A stretch of DNA of 62,860 nt, filler included, from Asterionella formosa (taxonomy: Eukaryota): the NCBI GenBank assembly GCA_002256025.1. It is 20 parts of 20 records of this genome, joined end to end, with 100 filler letters (N's around TTAATTAATTAA, not from the genome) between each part and the next. Parts side by side here need not be neighbours in the genome. Positions count along the whole stretch, not along the records: positions 1 to 28,027 come from NKIB01001328.1; 19 more parts are not named here. The stretch is one strand, 5' to 3'. This document shows, in pieces, positions 11,701 through 23,666 of the stretch; the first letter of the stretch is position 1, and every line of letters begins with the position of its first letter. Under the pieces are notes generated by a model. The model searched no databases, was not told the DNA's origin, and saw nothing but the letters and a program-made list of their open reading frames with translations. Both the position numbers and the translations under genes were made by a program.

Positions 11701-13026
11701 ATGCGTTTTTTTCTCATCGCCATTATGACCCTGATTATTGGAATTTCATTGGTCCCTTTTACGGGGTTATTCTCAGCGGACGATGGTATCGTTGCTATTC
11801 AAATGTTGAAAAAAGAGGATAAGCTGGGCTTCGTTCCGGATGGTGGAAGGAACGACATCAGGAACAAGGAAACATACATGTCTTCATCTCATTTCGAAGC
11901 TCCTGGTACTTATCGAACTGAAAATTTAGATGAGTTGTCTGAGAAGATGGAAAAATTCGTTTCAAAGGAATTGAAAATGGTAGACAAGTCCAAGGTTGCA
12001 TCGAACGAAGAAAGATGGAGGGAAGCAAGGCGCGTTCAAGCAACTACTTCTCTCCACACATGCCAACTGCACAACGAGACAGTTACCATACCAACTGTAC
12101 CCTATTTTGTTATCATTGGAGCTCAAAAATCTGGCACAACCTCCATAGCCCGCTATCTAGGAGAACATCCTGATATTTTGCCCCAATTGCATCCAAGACG
12201 AAAAGAAGTACACTTTTTCAATAATGTGTTCCAGGGGCTCATAGCGAATCACTGGGTACTTAATAAACATAATGACACCTTGCCTGAGTTTTGGTGCCGA
12301 TCTCGGAAAAGATATGTCGAGACTATGTATCAACTAGATATCTTTCTGAGGACAATCAATGAAACAGGTGGTTCAACAAATCTTGTCTCCTTTGACAAAA
12401 CACCATCCTACATACACCTCGATAATTGCCCCGAGTTTCTGAAACGTACCTGTCCATGGATGAAAAAGATCATTGTAGTCCTCCGAGATCCAGTTGACCG
12501 AGCTTATTCTCAGCATCAAATGGACAGCATGAGGAAAGAAAAGCGCTCATTTGAACAGCGTATACGCGACGAAATCAAAAAAGCAAGGCTCACTGGTCTT
12601 CATGACTTCCCAGATATGCCCGATTCGCTAGAAGAGATCCAAAAAATTGAGGAGATGCCCAATCTCAACAGAACTTCTGAACAAGAGTACGAATCTTTTC
12701 GGCAGTTGATTGGGTATCCCATGCTGAAAAAGGGTCTGTATGCTATTCAGTTACGTAAGTGGTTTGCATATTTTAATTTTCCGGACGAGATCCTGGTGCT
12801 CAAGTACGAGGAATTCCAGAAAGATCCAGCAACTGCCTACAATCGTGTCTTAGGGTTTGTTGGTCTGAGGAACCACACGCTCAAAACATACGAGAAGCAT
12901 CTGGCTGGACGATACGAACCCATGCCTGAAAATTGCCGACGATACCTGGAAAAGTTCTTTCGGGCGTACAATGATCAACTAGCTGATTTGCTAGGTGAGG
13001 AATGGAGAAATGTTTGGACTAACTAA
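11701..13026 (+). CDS. Type II membrane sulfotransferase (heparan-sulfate 3-O/NDST-like fold)
   Basis: 5'-PSB motif IIGAQKSGTT, KEVHFF, DKTPSY and 3'-PB motif LRDPVDRAYS. N-terminal hydrophobic anchor from the ATG at 11701. Confidence 0.9.
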   Translation: MRFFLIAIMTLIIGISLVPFTGLFSADDGIVAIQMLKKEDKLGFVPDGGRNDIRNKETYMSSSHFEAPGTYRTENLDELSEKMEKFVSKELKMVDKSKVASNEERWREARRVQATTSLHTCQLHNETVTIPTVPYFVIIGAQKSGTTSIARYLGEHPDILPQLHPRRKEVHFFNNVFQGLIANHWVLNKHNDTLPEFWCRSRKRYVETMYQLDIFLRTINETGGSTNLVSFDKTPSYIHLDNCPEFLKRTCPWMKKIIVVLRDPVDRAYSQHQMDSMRKEKRSFEQRIRDEIKKARLTGLHDFPDMPDSLEEIQKIEEMPNLNRTSEQEYESFRQLIGYPMLKKGLYAIQLRKWFAYFNFPDEILVLKYEEFQKDPATAYNRVLGFVGLRNHTLKTYEKHLAGRYEPMPENCRRYLEKFFRAYNDQLADLLGEEWRNVWTN

Positions 13027-13073
13027 GCGTGATACGACGTTGATAGCTCCCATTTCTCCCGTTATAGTTGTCG

Positions 13074-14831
13074 CTAACTGTTTTGACCAGCAAGCCGCAC
13101 TTTCTTAGCTGCCGTGTCTTTCTTTATTTTGCTCCATAGAGCTCCACCCCAGATTTTTCCTGCAAACATGGTGGCCCGAAACATTTGAAAAGCAGCAAAA
13201 CATCCCCATACTTGGGATACTGGTCCTCCAGCCAGTTTGATTTGAATCAATGCGAATGGCAAGACGATGGAACTGACAAGGTAAACAGTTGCCAAGAATG
13301 GAAGCTCTCGCTTAGCCAACAAGACTCCTTCTGATACTGCCACTGGAGCTGTCAAGAAAGCACCTGCCCAGAGATACTTGGCAAGTGGTTTCACTGTATC
13401 TTGGACCACACGATCCGATGTGATGACGTTTGGAAAGATGGCAGGAATGGCAGACACCAAAGTAGCAATAAATGAGGCTACAACAAGTCCAATCGCCATC
13501 AAACGGCTTGCAACCTTGAAGGAAGCTGCCTGCCAAGGTTGAACCACTGGATCAGTATCGGGATCATAGGACGGATCCTTCTTTTGCATTGTGGTAATGT
13601 AGTCCTTGACTGGTGCTATATAGGCGGGCAAGAAAGTTTGGGCCGTCTGCGATATGACTTCCAAAAATGGTGAAATGAAGAAGAAAGTGCTAAGGATGAT
13701 CTGATGAGATGCCAAAGTTGTTGGTTGTCCCGGTAAGCCTGCAGCAGCATTTGTCATGAAACCAAAGGCAGCTAGCTTTCCGAGAATTAATGTCAAGACT
13801 GGACCAGCAAAGATCAAAAAGGCCTTACTGGTTGTGCGATTCGCAACATCGATTTTCTTGTGCTTGTTCGATGTCAATCCAAAATCATGGTCCTTGACAA
13901 GCTTTCTTCTGGCTGGTCCAATCAAGGCAAGAGTTGCACCCCACTGCGCCAAGGTAGTTGCAATAGCAGCTCCACGAAGTCCCATCCCAAAGACGGTGAC
14001 AAGGAGGTAATCCCCAATGATGTTGATCAACATGGACCAACCTACAGCAACCAAAGGTGTTACAGAGTCTTTGGCACCAAGCAACGCAGCCTGTAGGACA
14101 CCCAGTAGAAGAGACGTTGGCATAGAGAGTGCACGCCAACGAACATAGTCAGTGGCCCAATTCAAGAGATTGGGCTGTCCAGCCGCTTCCGCTCCTGTAA
14201 TCGAAGAAAGAAAGCGTGATTAGGAAAAAGTAGATCAAATTACACCAAAAGAGAACCGGTGAAACTTACCAATATAAATCGCCAATAAAGGTCTTGCAAC
14301 CGTCAACAGGAGCCCCATTAGGGCAAATCCACATATCAATGAAACCCTAGCAGCCGTCCTGACAACAGATTCCGCCCGTGGTGAGTTGTCTCCTGTCTGC
14401 GCTCTAGCGGACGAATATAAATTCGTCGTTGCCACGTTCAAAAAGGCAAACAAATAAGTAGCTCCGTCAATAAAAGTCGTTGCTGGTCCAAGGGCAGCCA
14501 ACGCTTCGGCAGACTGTGCTGCCGTTCCGGAGAGACCGACAAACGATGTATCCACCAACGACAAGAGAGGCCCCATGACCCAAAGTCCAAGACAAGGCCA
14601 AGCAAACTTCCGGTAAATCGTCATGGTAGGAAGATCAGGAACTTCCTTCGGGACGCTGGTGCCTCCTCGTGGAAAATCCTCCAATGCAGCATCGGAGGGC
14701 GATTCTCGAAGAAGTGAGGCGTGATGGGTTTTTTTCTTGAGAGAAGGATTAGCTAGTGAATGAGTTGTGAAAGCACCGCTTACGGTAATAAATGCACTCA
14801 AGAGGGGTACCAGGATTGCAACGATTCTCAT
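13074..14831 (-). CDS. MATE family transporter (DinF/EDS5-like), probably plastid-targeted; 2 exons (14831-14270, 14194-13074)
   Basis: [38 protein letters not shown] and LASHQI motifs. A 75-nt GT-AG intron (14195-14269) joins the two ORFs in frame ([15 protein letters not shown]). Signal peptide ending GA-F. Confidence 0.9.
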
Positions 14832-15589
14832 GATCAATGAACAGTAGTTATGAAATAGGTATGGATACGGTAGACTACCGGTATTACATATGGTGTTTTA
14901 TGGTTCATCATCAATAATCCTGTGGATCCTAATAAACGCACCAGTTTTGCTTGATATGATACCCACCGATAATGGTAGACCACTTAATTTTAATTTTAAG
15001 TGTCGATTGTCGAGGACTGACTGATGGCATACCGTACGTACATTTGTACATTTATTTTTATTTAATTAAATGACACTCTAACATATCGCTATGCCGGTAT
15101 GTACAGTGTGCTTCATATGTTTCACTCATCACTGGGAGAAAATTAGCTTTTCTAGCAGTGCAGACATGTAAATGTATACTAACTCCGGTACCTGGTACCA
15201 GTAGTAGTGGTCTGGTTGTATACCGCTACCAGGTACCAGGTACCAGTACCTACATACAAGTTACGGTAATTTTGTTGACATCACGATCTCAGCAATATAC
15301 AATGTAGTCGCTGCTTTGACCCAATACTTTTTGTACTGCAATATGCTGGCTAGTAGCGCATAATGCCGTTTTTTCATTCGTTGTATGATTTTAAGCTCTA
15401 AATATGATCATTTTGGCAGATGAAAACCTAACTCGAATCGAGTATAGTTTACTTTGGGTCATTGGGTCATTGCTCGATTTGAGTACCGGTAACGTTTACC
15501 TTACATACTGCCAAATCGAAAACATTTTAGAATACTTACTATTCGCCAAAGTGATCAAACCACCCCATATTCATCTACCGTACTGCCTG

Positions 15590-16089
15590 TGTATGCATTA
15601 AAAACCAATATATTGAGAGTCATCCATATGAGGCCAATGATGACATTAGAAACTTTCATGTCTCACTAAATATTGACTTCACCCAAGTTATAATCAGACG
15701 TAAAAAAATTGTCAATTAAATTTCATAGTACGTTAAAGTTATCCATTAATCGTACTTGTGCCCAAATAAATGGACACAATTAGTACTGGTTTATTCGTCT
15801 GTACTGTACAATGTTACCTGTCTCCTCGTCAGCCACTCACCCTGGAACCCTAGGGACTACATAAAAGAACAACACATGTGAAGAATTCAGGAATCGAACC
15901 CGCCACCTCATTAGGTGGGCTAACCACTAAGCTATTCCCCCAAGTTATAATCAGTCCTAGTTGTACCTGAGAGGACGAGCTACAATAATCTTCGTAGACT
16001 GCTTGCTTCAACACTACCATGCAATCAGAATAAAATAATCTGAATCGTAACATAGGGTAAAATGAGGATGGCTCTCAGTTTTTAGGTGG
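15590..16089 (-). mobile_element. Inverted copy of the CCACCTAAAAACTGAGAG-end element, interrupted by a SINE-like insertion
   Basis: Aligns with 5612-5865 on both sides of the insertion. Ends ...TTTTTAGGTGG|TA at 16089-16091. Confidence 0.7.
15698..15940 (-). mobile_element. tRNA-derived SINE-like retroposon, ~243 bp
   Basis: The minus strand starts GGGGAATAGCTTAGTGGTTAG (A box)...GGTTCGATTCC (B box)...ATTCTTCA and ends in a T7 run. It is flanked by a perfect direct repeat CAAGTTATAATCAG (15684-15697, 15941-15954; 16 bp if CC is included). The paralogous site at 5743-5775 lacks the insert. Confidence 0.75.
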
Positions 16090-18700
16090 TACTAGTCTGA
16101 CAAAATAAGATGTTACTAAGGGTAGACTTCATGGCTGTAGAACCTTGGAACATAATGGTACTGGTACTGGTACTAGTCTCATCATAATGAAATCAAACAT
16201 ATACCAGTCATCGCTTAGGTGAGGCGGCGCAGGAGATTTGAATTGCAAACAAGTAGCCAGGTACCTTACCAGGGTGTCAAAATTTAGTACTGCGTGCATA
16301 TTAGTTCAGTCGAACTAATCAATCTTGAATAATATTCCAGCCAAATTCCCGTTTTGAAATGCTGCGAGAATTTGAACAGCATTGATTGCCAATAACTATA
16401 TCAGCAAATTAAGGTAAATATTCGAATGGAATTTTTTCTAAGTAATCAAAATTTCAATGAAGGACAGGTATATATGCAATGCAAATAGCATTGAATATTC
16501 ACGATTGTTCTACTAAGTGAGTGGAGTGGAGTGGAGTTGAGTTGTCAGTTGAGAATTGAATGTCTAACAACACAATGAATATCTATATACAAATTTGGGA
16601 AGAGAACCTTAATAATTGGTCATGTGAACGATTACAAGATAGATCAAATAAGTTCACAATAAGGTGGGATTAGAACAGAAGGTTTTCATACACGGAGCTT
16701 GTCTAGAAAGAGCTAGCATTGCAGTCAGACTGCAGAAGAATTTAACAAGAGGGTACCAGAGAGTACTTCCTACCAGAAAAAACAGTTACTTTTGATCGCT
16801 CGTCACTGCTCGTTATGAATGCATCCTCATGTGCATTGATCACAAACGCACTTGAGTCATATGGGTCAAGTACACTATGTTAGCATTGTTTCTCTGTATT
16901 CCTGCAAGTTGCAGTAAATTTTCTGAAATGACGATTTGGACATCACAGATATTTACGCCTGCCAATCCAATACATAAATCAATTTTTTGGCCAGCTCAAA
17001 TAGCAGTTCTCTTTCATTTGTGGCATGATCCATTTGAATACTTTCTACTGGAAGTAACTCGATTTGACTGGAATTATTTTAGAATGAAACTCATTCCCCC
17101 AATCAAAATAAGATTGGAAAGTTTTACTAGACAACAAGGTTTCATCAGGGTCAAAGGCACAAACAGATAGAATATGTTTACCTAAAGCTAATGACTGTGT
17201 ATATGCAATAGTAACAAAACATAAATGTTGGTGGTATATAGTTTGTATCGATACAGTAAAGAATATTTCTGTTCATTTTTGTTCCTGGAACATGTTTAAC
17301 AGAATCAGTATTTGTAACAATGTCATGACAATGATGCTACAACTATTGTAAACAGATTAATCACGATTTGTAAATCAATTGGTTTTTTTTCAGCCAATGA
17401 TGCTGTGGTTTATGGTTACTTGATGTACGATGGTTGTGTATAAACAATTCGGGTTTTGATCTACCAGGCAATAAATCATGGAGATATTGTCGCTGAAGCC
17501 GAGCGCATTTTTTCTCCTATTTTCTATTCTAGCAATTTTGCAATTAATATCAAAGTTACGTCAACAATTCTTTCACCACTTGCAACTGACACTTGAAATC
17601 TATCTAAGATTTGGGCATTCATTAAAAAATGAATATCAATAATCATGTTCTCGTGGTAATAATGCTGGTCATAATGGGGAATTCTGTTCAATTCTTTGCT
17701 TAAATGTGTAGAACATGCATGTTTTACATGGTTCTTATATGTACACCGATTTGCACACTTGTACTTATAAAATGCATGGAAACCTGGAGATTTTTGGAAT
17801 TAGAATCTTGAACAGAAATGAAATTGGGGGGAAACCCCAATCGTAGCAAGCAAGGTTGGGGAAACTTGGTTTTTAAAAAGATCATTGTTTGAACTTGACT
17901 TTGATATTTTGAAATTAATTGGGCCAGTGCGATTTTTTTCAATTTGAGTCTCAGTCCAGCACCACATTGTCAGCTTGGAAATGTGACAGCAACTTGCTGC
18001 TAGTTACCTGTTATTCCTCTGTCCAACAACATTTGCAAAAATTTGCACTGACTCAAGTGCCGAGCAGCTTATTTTTTGATTGAATACAAAGAAAAAATGA
18101 TCTTTGTGGGAACCGGCTTACTCGGAAAAATACGTTTTATCAGTTACGTAGATGTAAACATAAACTCTGTTTCTGTCATTATATTATTAGCATCTAAATC
18201 AATTAATTGAAACCGATTCAACATGATATGCACATACATACATTGTTTGCATATACATATCACCAAATGCTGTTTTACATGCCGGCCACTCATATATTTA
18301 TGGGAAACCAAATAAAAAACATATCTATCATAATTACAAAATAATTACAATAACTATCATTCCATATAATTTCTTTGGTTGTTACATTTACATGGACCAC
18401 ACCCCCCGAATTTTTTGATCCCGATCATCAAAACAAGCATACCATCATTTTTTCCCTTCCCATCATCACCACATTTATGGCAGATTGTTGCACAATTCTT
18501 AATCAAAGGCAAGTTGCCGGTGTTCTACTGTTATACTCTACATCATATGTATGTTCAAAATAGATGATGGGTCGAAAAAAGTGGGTCCTCATGCATCTGC
18601 ATTTTGTTCAAGATAGCCAAAAGCTAAAATCGAAAAATGCCAAAAAAGGTTTTTCAAATGTAGTTGCCAGCTTTAATCTGAATCTGAGAGCAAGGCGTAA

Positions 18701-18769
18701 AATCGGGCAATTGAGCCGGAGAAATCGTTCGAGTCAAAATGGCCCCCGAGATATTGAATTATCGATGCA
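18701..18769 (-). repeat. Dispersed inverted copy of positions 1-70
   Basis: Its reverse complement TGCATCGATAATTC..GGGGCCATTTTGACTC..TTTCTCCGGCTCAATTG aligns with 1-70. Confidence 0.65.
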
Positions 18770-19462
18770 ACTGTGTTTGGACAGAGGGATTTCTTGCAAG
18801 TTGCTGAAATGGACAACGTGATGCAGGACAGAGCTTAAAAGACTAAATAGAGAACATCATCAATTTTCTCTTTGAATCGACAGTATCACGACTTTTTAGT
18901 GATGTAGGTTTTAAGCTAATTATTTTGTCTAAACGCGGAGACTTCAAAACGACGCAAATGACTAAAAAGAAATAACAATGACCGGGGCACGGCTCAGAGC
19001 AAAAGTAATTTAGTCTTGCTTGCTTGCTTACTTTGCTTAATTCTCTCCAAACTTAAAATCATTCTCCTTTTCCGCTTAAAGTAATGAAAACAACCAATAA
19101 TAATCGGTTCTGTGCGTATCAACTAGTATTTGAATATTCACATGTTAGCATCATATGTAACAACTAGTGGTACCCGAAAAGACAATTATTCCATATCACC
19201 TTATGCATTCTGGCTGGACTCATGCTACTCAGGGTACCAGCAAGTCGCGGTAATTATGCTTATTCGTGTACTCATTCCCAAAACCGACAAATGTTTCCGA
19301 CTCGGCAGCCGTTAAGAAATCAAAGTATGAAACATCTAACGGCTCGCGCCCGCAGGCCGTGAAAAGACGACTGGACAAAATTTGATAAATTCAGATAAAT
19401 TGGGACAAAAAAGTTTCTGATGAATTGTAATTTTGGGTTAAAGTATTTAGGGACTATGTTAG

Positions 19463-19544
19463 TTTAAGCAAATTGATTCTAAGCAAAACTATTTTAAGCA
19501 AACCCTCTTTGAGCAAACGTACTTTAAGCAAGATTTTGCTTAAA
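19463..19544 (+). repeat. 15-bp-period array with TAAGCAA core (5 units plus 1 inverted core)
   Basis: TTTAAGCAAATTGAT TCTAAGCAAAACTAT TTTAAGCAAACCCTC TTTGAGCAAACGTAC TTTAAGCAAGATTTT. Confidence 0.85.
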
Positions 19545-20254
19545 CTAAACAAAGCTGCCTACGTCATTACGGAAGAAAATTGAGTTACCGGTACCCCTGA
19601 TACCGGGACACTCTTTTCGGCACATGCATGGCTTGCCAAGTAGTATCAACCTGGTTTCATATGTTACGGTACATAGGAATGGACTGCTGCACATTACTAC
19701 GACTACAAGGCATTACTGGCAGTTTTGACGACATCATATACTGGAGTGAATGCTTCACATTTGCCGGCTCTATCAATTCTCATTAGATAAAAGCCTTATT
19801 TCAAATCGTTTGCTTTGATCATTCATTTTAATATTGTAGTTGTAGTCTCATTTGTTGTGTGTCTACTATGCAAGTGTCGAATTGCTCGTGGCATCGTAAT
19901 TTATAGATTGCGCATCTCTAAATTCGATGAAAAATGTGCCAGTGGCAACTTCAGTTTTCGTTGTCAATATTAGTGCTATTAGGATTATTCTTTTACGATT
20001 GTACTTTCTATGTCGCGTTTGATATATGTATCTGCATCGAAAAGGAAAGCATCATTCTCATTTTTCGTCGAGATATTCGCTATTTTCATTATGGTCAACG
20101 CTGTGATGACATGATGATGAAGGATTCTCCACCCGCTAGCAACTACTGCTATACAACCACCAGTGTGTAATCAGGAAGATCATAGTTAGCTACAGGATGA
20201 TAACGTAGGTCTTAGGTGACTGTGATGGCAGCAGCATTGAAATGATGACATCAC

Positions 20255-20380
20255 AATAAGCAAAATTGCTACTTTAAGCAAACGCACTTGAAGCAGACCT
20301 ACTTTAAGCAAATCTGCTTTAAGCAAAACGGTCCTACATTAAGCGAAACGAACGAGAAGCAAATGGCAGAATAAGCAAAA
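20255..20380 (+). repeat. Second ~15-bp-period TAAGCAA array, same orientation
   Basis: TTTAAGCAAACGCAC TTGAAGCAGACCTAC TTTAAGCAAATCTGC TTTAAGCAAAACGG..., plus degenerate units. Confidence 0.8.
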
Positions 20381-21516
20381 TAGATTGGTATCAGAAAGTA
20401 TTTCTGTCGATAGATTCATATAGTTTCCAAACAGTTTTTTTGTTGGTACAAAAAATGCAATGACGAAATCATTGTGCTTACTCCTCTAGCTACCTAAATG
20501 GCGAACATCGGCTGCAACCACTTGGCGTGACTACCTGAAACAGTGCATACGAAATTCTTTCATGAAATTGCCACAATAACCTGCGAAATGAGTTGAAACA
20601 AGAGGAGGACCACCAGACAGATGAGAACTTGAAGTGATTGATATGCAACAAGGTCTGAACAAATTCTTGACAAATATTCTACTGTTATGATGGGCACTTG
20701 AATCCGGGTACCGTAGCTGGTACCGGTAATCATAGCTACTAGTATCATTAAAAGAACAAAGAAAAGTTTTTGTGGTAACAATTGAGTAAAATAAAACACG
20801 GTTTAGGGATAAAATATCTTTTTGTATTGAGTAAAAATATGCACTGAAAGACAATGATAATTAACAGTCCAAATAAATGGATAAAATTAAATGGCTGAGA
20901 TCTCCATATTGAATGTTCTACTTCAGAACTGATTAAATGATTGCCATCCCCGTTCTATCGACTAAAATAAAATTCATACTTGGTTCGACTTCGATAATTT
21001 TAGTCGGAAGAAGGAGAAATTAAATGTTGACTCTCAGTTTTTATGTGGTACTGATACCAGGTACTGTCAGAGTCGAAACAGTCCACAAATGGTGATGCCA
21101 GAGTTCTCATCAATTGGTGACACTCTCTCTCGTCCATGACTGGTTTTTCGACCTGGTACCAGGTGGTACCAGGTAGGAGGTACCTACTCAAAACAATATG
21201 CATCGGCCTCAGTATGCTGTGTACATATGTACCGATAGCTAAATTAACTACCAGTAGCAATGGAAATTTGATGATACTGTCTGTACTGTACCAGGTATCT
21301 GGTACCGGTAGATCGGTGAAAATATGTACCGGTGTACGGTAGATATAAACACATCAAGACAAAAAGTGGTTGTACCAATAGTGTGCTTTCAGCGGCGCCT
21401 TCACAGCGAGAACGACGACAAAGAAACAGGAGCATTTAGTCGAGGATTGGAGGAAAGATACATTCCTTATCGAAGGAACATACACAATTCAAAATACAGT
21501 CCGAACGACAATCATA

Positions 21517-22931
21517 ATGCTGGCATCAAGAGCAACCCGCACTTGTCGCGTCCTTCAGGGATCACTTCGCGCCTATACGACGCATTCTGCCCTTCCAGAA
21601 GAACATAGAATGGTCTATGAAATGTGTCGCAAATTTGCTGATGAAGAGTTGGCTCCCAACGCTGGGACGTGGGACAAGGAGCATAGGTTTCCGAAAGAGG
21701 CTGTTGATCACTTGGTACGTGATAGTCCTTTATCGATGCGTATGCGCTGTTTGTACATTTAAAGTGATCCAACCTCTCACTGGCGCATCCAAATTCAAAC
21801 TTGGAATCAGTCCGAGTTAGGTCTCATGGGAATCAACTGTAGCCCAGACCATAATGGATCAGGCTTGGATGCCATGTCGTATGCTATTGCCATGGAAGAA
21901 ATCAGTCGAGGCTGCGCTTCGGTTGGTGTTATTATGAGTGCTCATAATTCATTGTACCTGTCGCCCATTGATAAGTATGGCACTGAAGAGCAGAAAAAGG
22001 AGTGGATTACTCCTTACGCATCAGGAGAAAAGATTGGATGCTTTGGACTCTCCGAGCCTGGAAATGGCAGTGATGCAGGAGCAGCGACAGTGACGGCCAC
22101 AAAAGACGGGGACGAATGGATAATTAACGGAACCAAGGCATGGATTACAAATGCGCACGAATCAGGCGCAGCTGTTGTCTTTGCGACCACTGATAAGTCA
22201 CTCAAGTAAGTACATGGGATTTTGCTTTGTGTGTGTGTGTGCGCCTTACGATGCTTACAGTATAATTTGATGAACAATCGAATCACTCACTGTAAATTGC
22301 TAGGCATAAAGGTATTTCTTGCTTTGTTATTCCCTTGGATTCCAAAGGGTTTTCCTTAGGTGCCAAGGAAGACAAACTGGGTATTCGAGCGTCCTCTACT
22401 TCTAATCTAATTTTTGATAATGTACGTATCCCTAGCAAGAACCTCATCGGAGAAGAAGGCATGGGGTTCAAGATTGCAATGCAAACATTGGATGGTGGTC
22501 GCATCGGTGTTGCGGGCCAAGCTTTGGGTATTGCATCCGCTTCGATTGACTGCGCCGTCAAGTATGCCTTGGAGCGTCATGCCTTTGGCAAGCCGATTTC
22601 TGATCTCCAGTCGATTCAAAACAAAATTTCACAAATGGCAGTGGCTCGTGACAGTGCTCGGTTGTTGACTTGGAGGGCGGCACAAATGAAGGATAGAGGT
22701 GAGCGTTATGTACGTGAGGCTGCCATGGCCAAGTTGGCTGCGTCGGAAGCTGCTACCATGTGCGCCCATCAAGCAATTCAAGTTTTGGGAGGGATGGGCT
22801 ACGTCACTGACATGCCAGCCGAGAGGCATTACCGTGATGCTCGCATTACCGAAATTTATGAAGGAACATCTGAAATTCAGCATTTGGTGATTGCTGGTGA
22901 TGTTTTGAAGGAGTACAAAAAGAACATGTGA
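21517..22931 (+). CDS. ACADS: Mitochondrial short-chain acyl-CoA (butyryl-CoA) dehydrogenase; 3 exons (21517-21714, 21811-22205, 22304-22931)
   Basis: [41 protein letters not shown] and [16 protein letters not shown] motifs. GT-AG introns 21715-21810 and 22206-22303 restore the frame. Confidence 0.93.
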
Positions 22932-22976
22932 TGAAAGCAAGTTTGCCTATGTAGCATTTTCATCGGCATTTATAAT

Positions 22977-23666
22977 TTAGGAAATATTTGCATTGCTGTT
23001 CCAGTATTTGTACGCCTCCATGTAGGCGCATCTGTCAATCGGGATACCAGATCCGCCTTCTTCCTTCCCAAGAGCATTTCGCATGGCTGTAATAGGTGTC
23101 ATGGGAAGCTCGTGATTGACATCTTGAGCTTTAATACTAACAATTCCCCATGGTGCTGTTTCGTTCGGGTCCTTGCCCTTGTTCATTGCCTCATTTTCCT
23201 TGTTGATCTGCTCCCGGGAGTAAAGAATCAAATCTAGATACTTCGCCTTTGGTAAATCGTCTCCTACTAGTTCCTTTGGAAAGAATCTCTGCAAGATGGG
23301 GAGTTCCTTGTCGTTTCTCGCCACATACTCCGTGCGAAGCAAATGCTCGTTCTCTTTGGTGATGGGCAAGACGTTTACTCTAGCATCTGTAAAATCGTTT
23401 TCGATGAACAAATGCTTACAGAAAGGAGCGTACCCATCTTTCAAGTTCTCTTCCAGGTAACGTTCGTTGACAATCCTGGCGAATTCTTCCATTCCGATGA
23501 CAAAAATAGTTCCGCCATACGCCATACTCGACTCGTGTTCAGCAAATTGACGAAAGCAGAACGGATCAACCGCAAGGGCTTGTGAGGCGAACATGCTCAA
23601 GTTTCGAGAAGTTCCGGGTGAAGTGTTGGTGAAAGCAAATATCAGCGACGGGAGTTGGCCTCTCAT
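22977..23666 (-). CDS. DUF3228 family protein (start could be 23594)
   Basis: DPFCFRQF, DGYAPFCKHLF, ELPILQRFF, YLDLILYSREQI and MRNALGKEEGGSG motifs. Confidence 0.85.
   Translation of the reverse strand: MRGQLPSLIFAFTNTSPGTSRNLSMFASQALAVDPFCFRQFAEHESSMAYGGTIFVIGMEEFARIVNERYLEENLKDGYAPFCKHLFIENDFTDARVNVLPITKENEHLLRTEYVARNDKELPILQRFFPKELVGDDLPKAKYLDLILYSREQINKENEAMNKGKDPNETAPWGIVSIKAQDVNHELPMTPITAMRNALGKEEGGSGIPIDRCAYMEAYKYWNSNANIS

Noticed and set aside
15780..15860. Hammerhead-ribozyme-like core (GTC...CTGACGA...GACGAA) on the minus strand of the SINE body
   Set aside because: Stems I and II do not pair convincingly and GAAA reads GAAT. An Infernal search of a family consensus would be needed.
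15879..15940. Functional tRNA gene
   Set aside because: Only 62 nt with no proper 7-nt anticodon loop. Treated as a SINE head.
19463..20380. CRISPR array
   Set aside because: Repeat (~9 bp) and spacers (~6 bp) are far too short, the context is eukaryotic and there are no cas genes.
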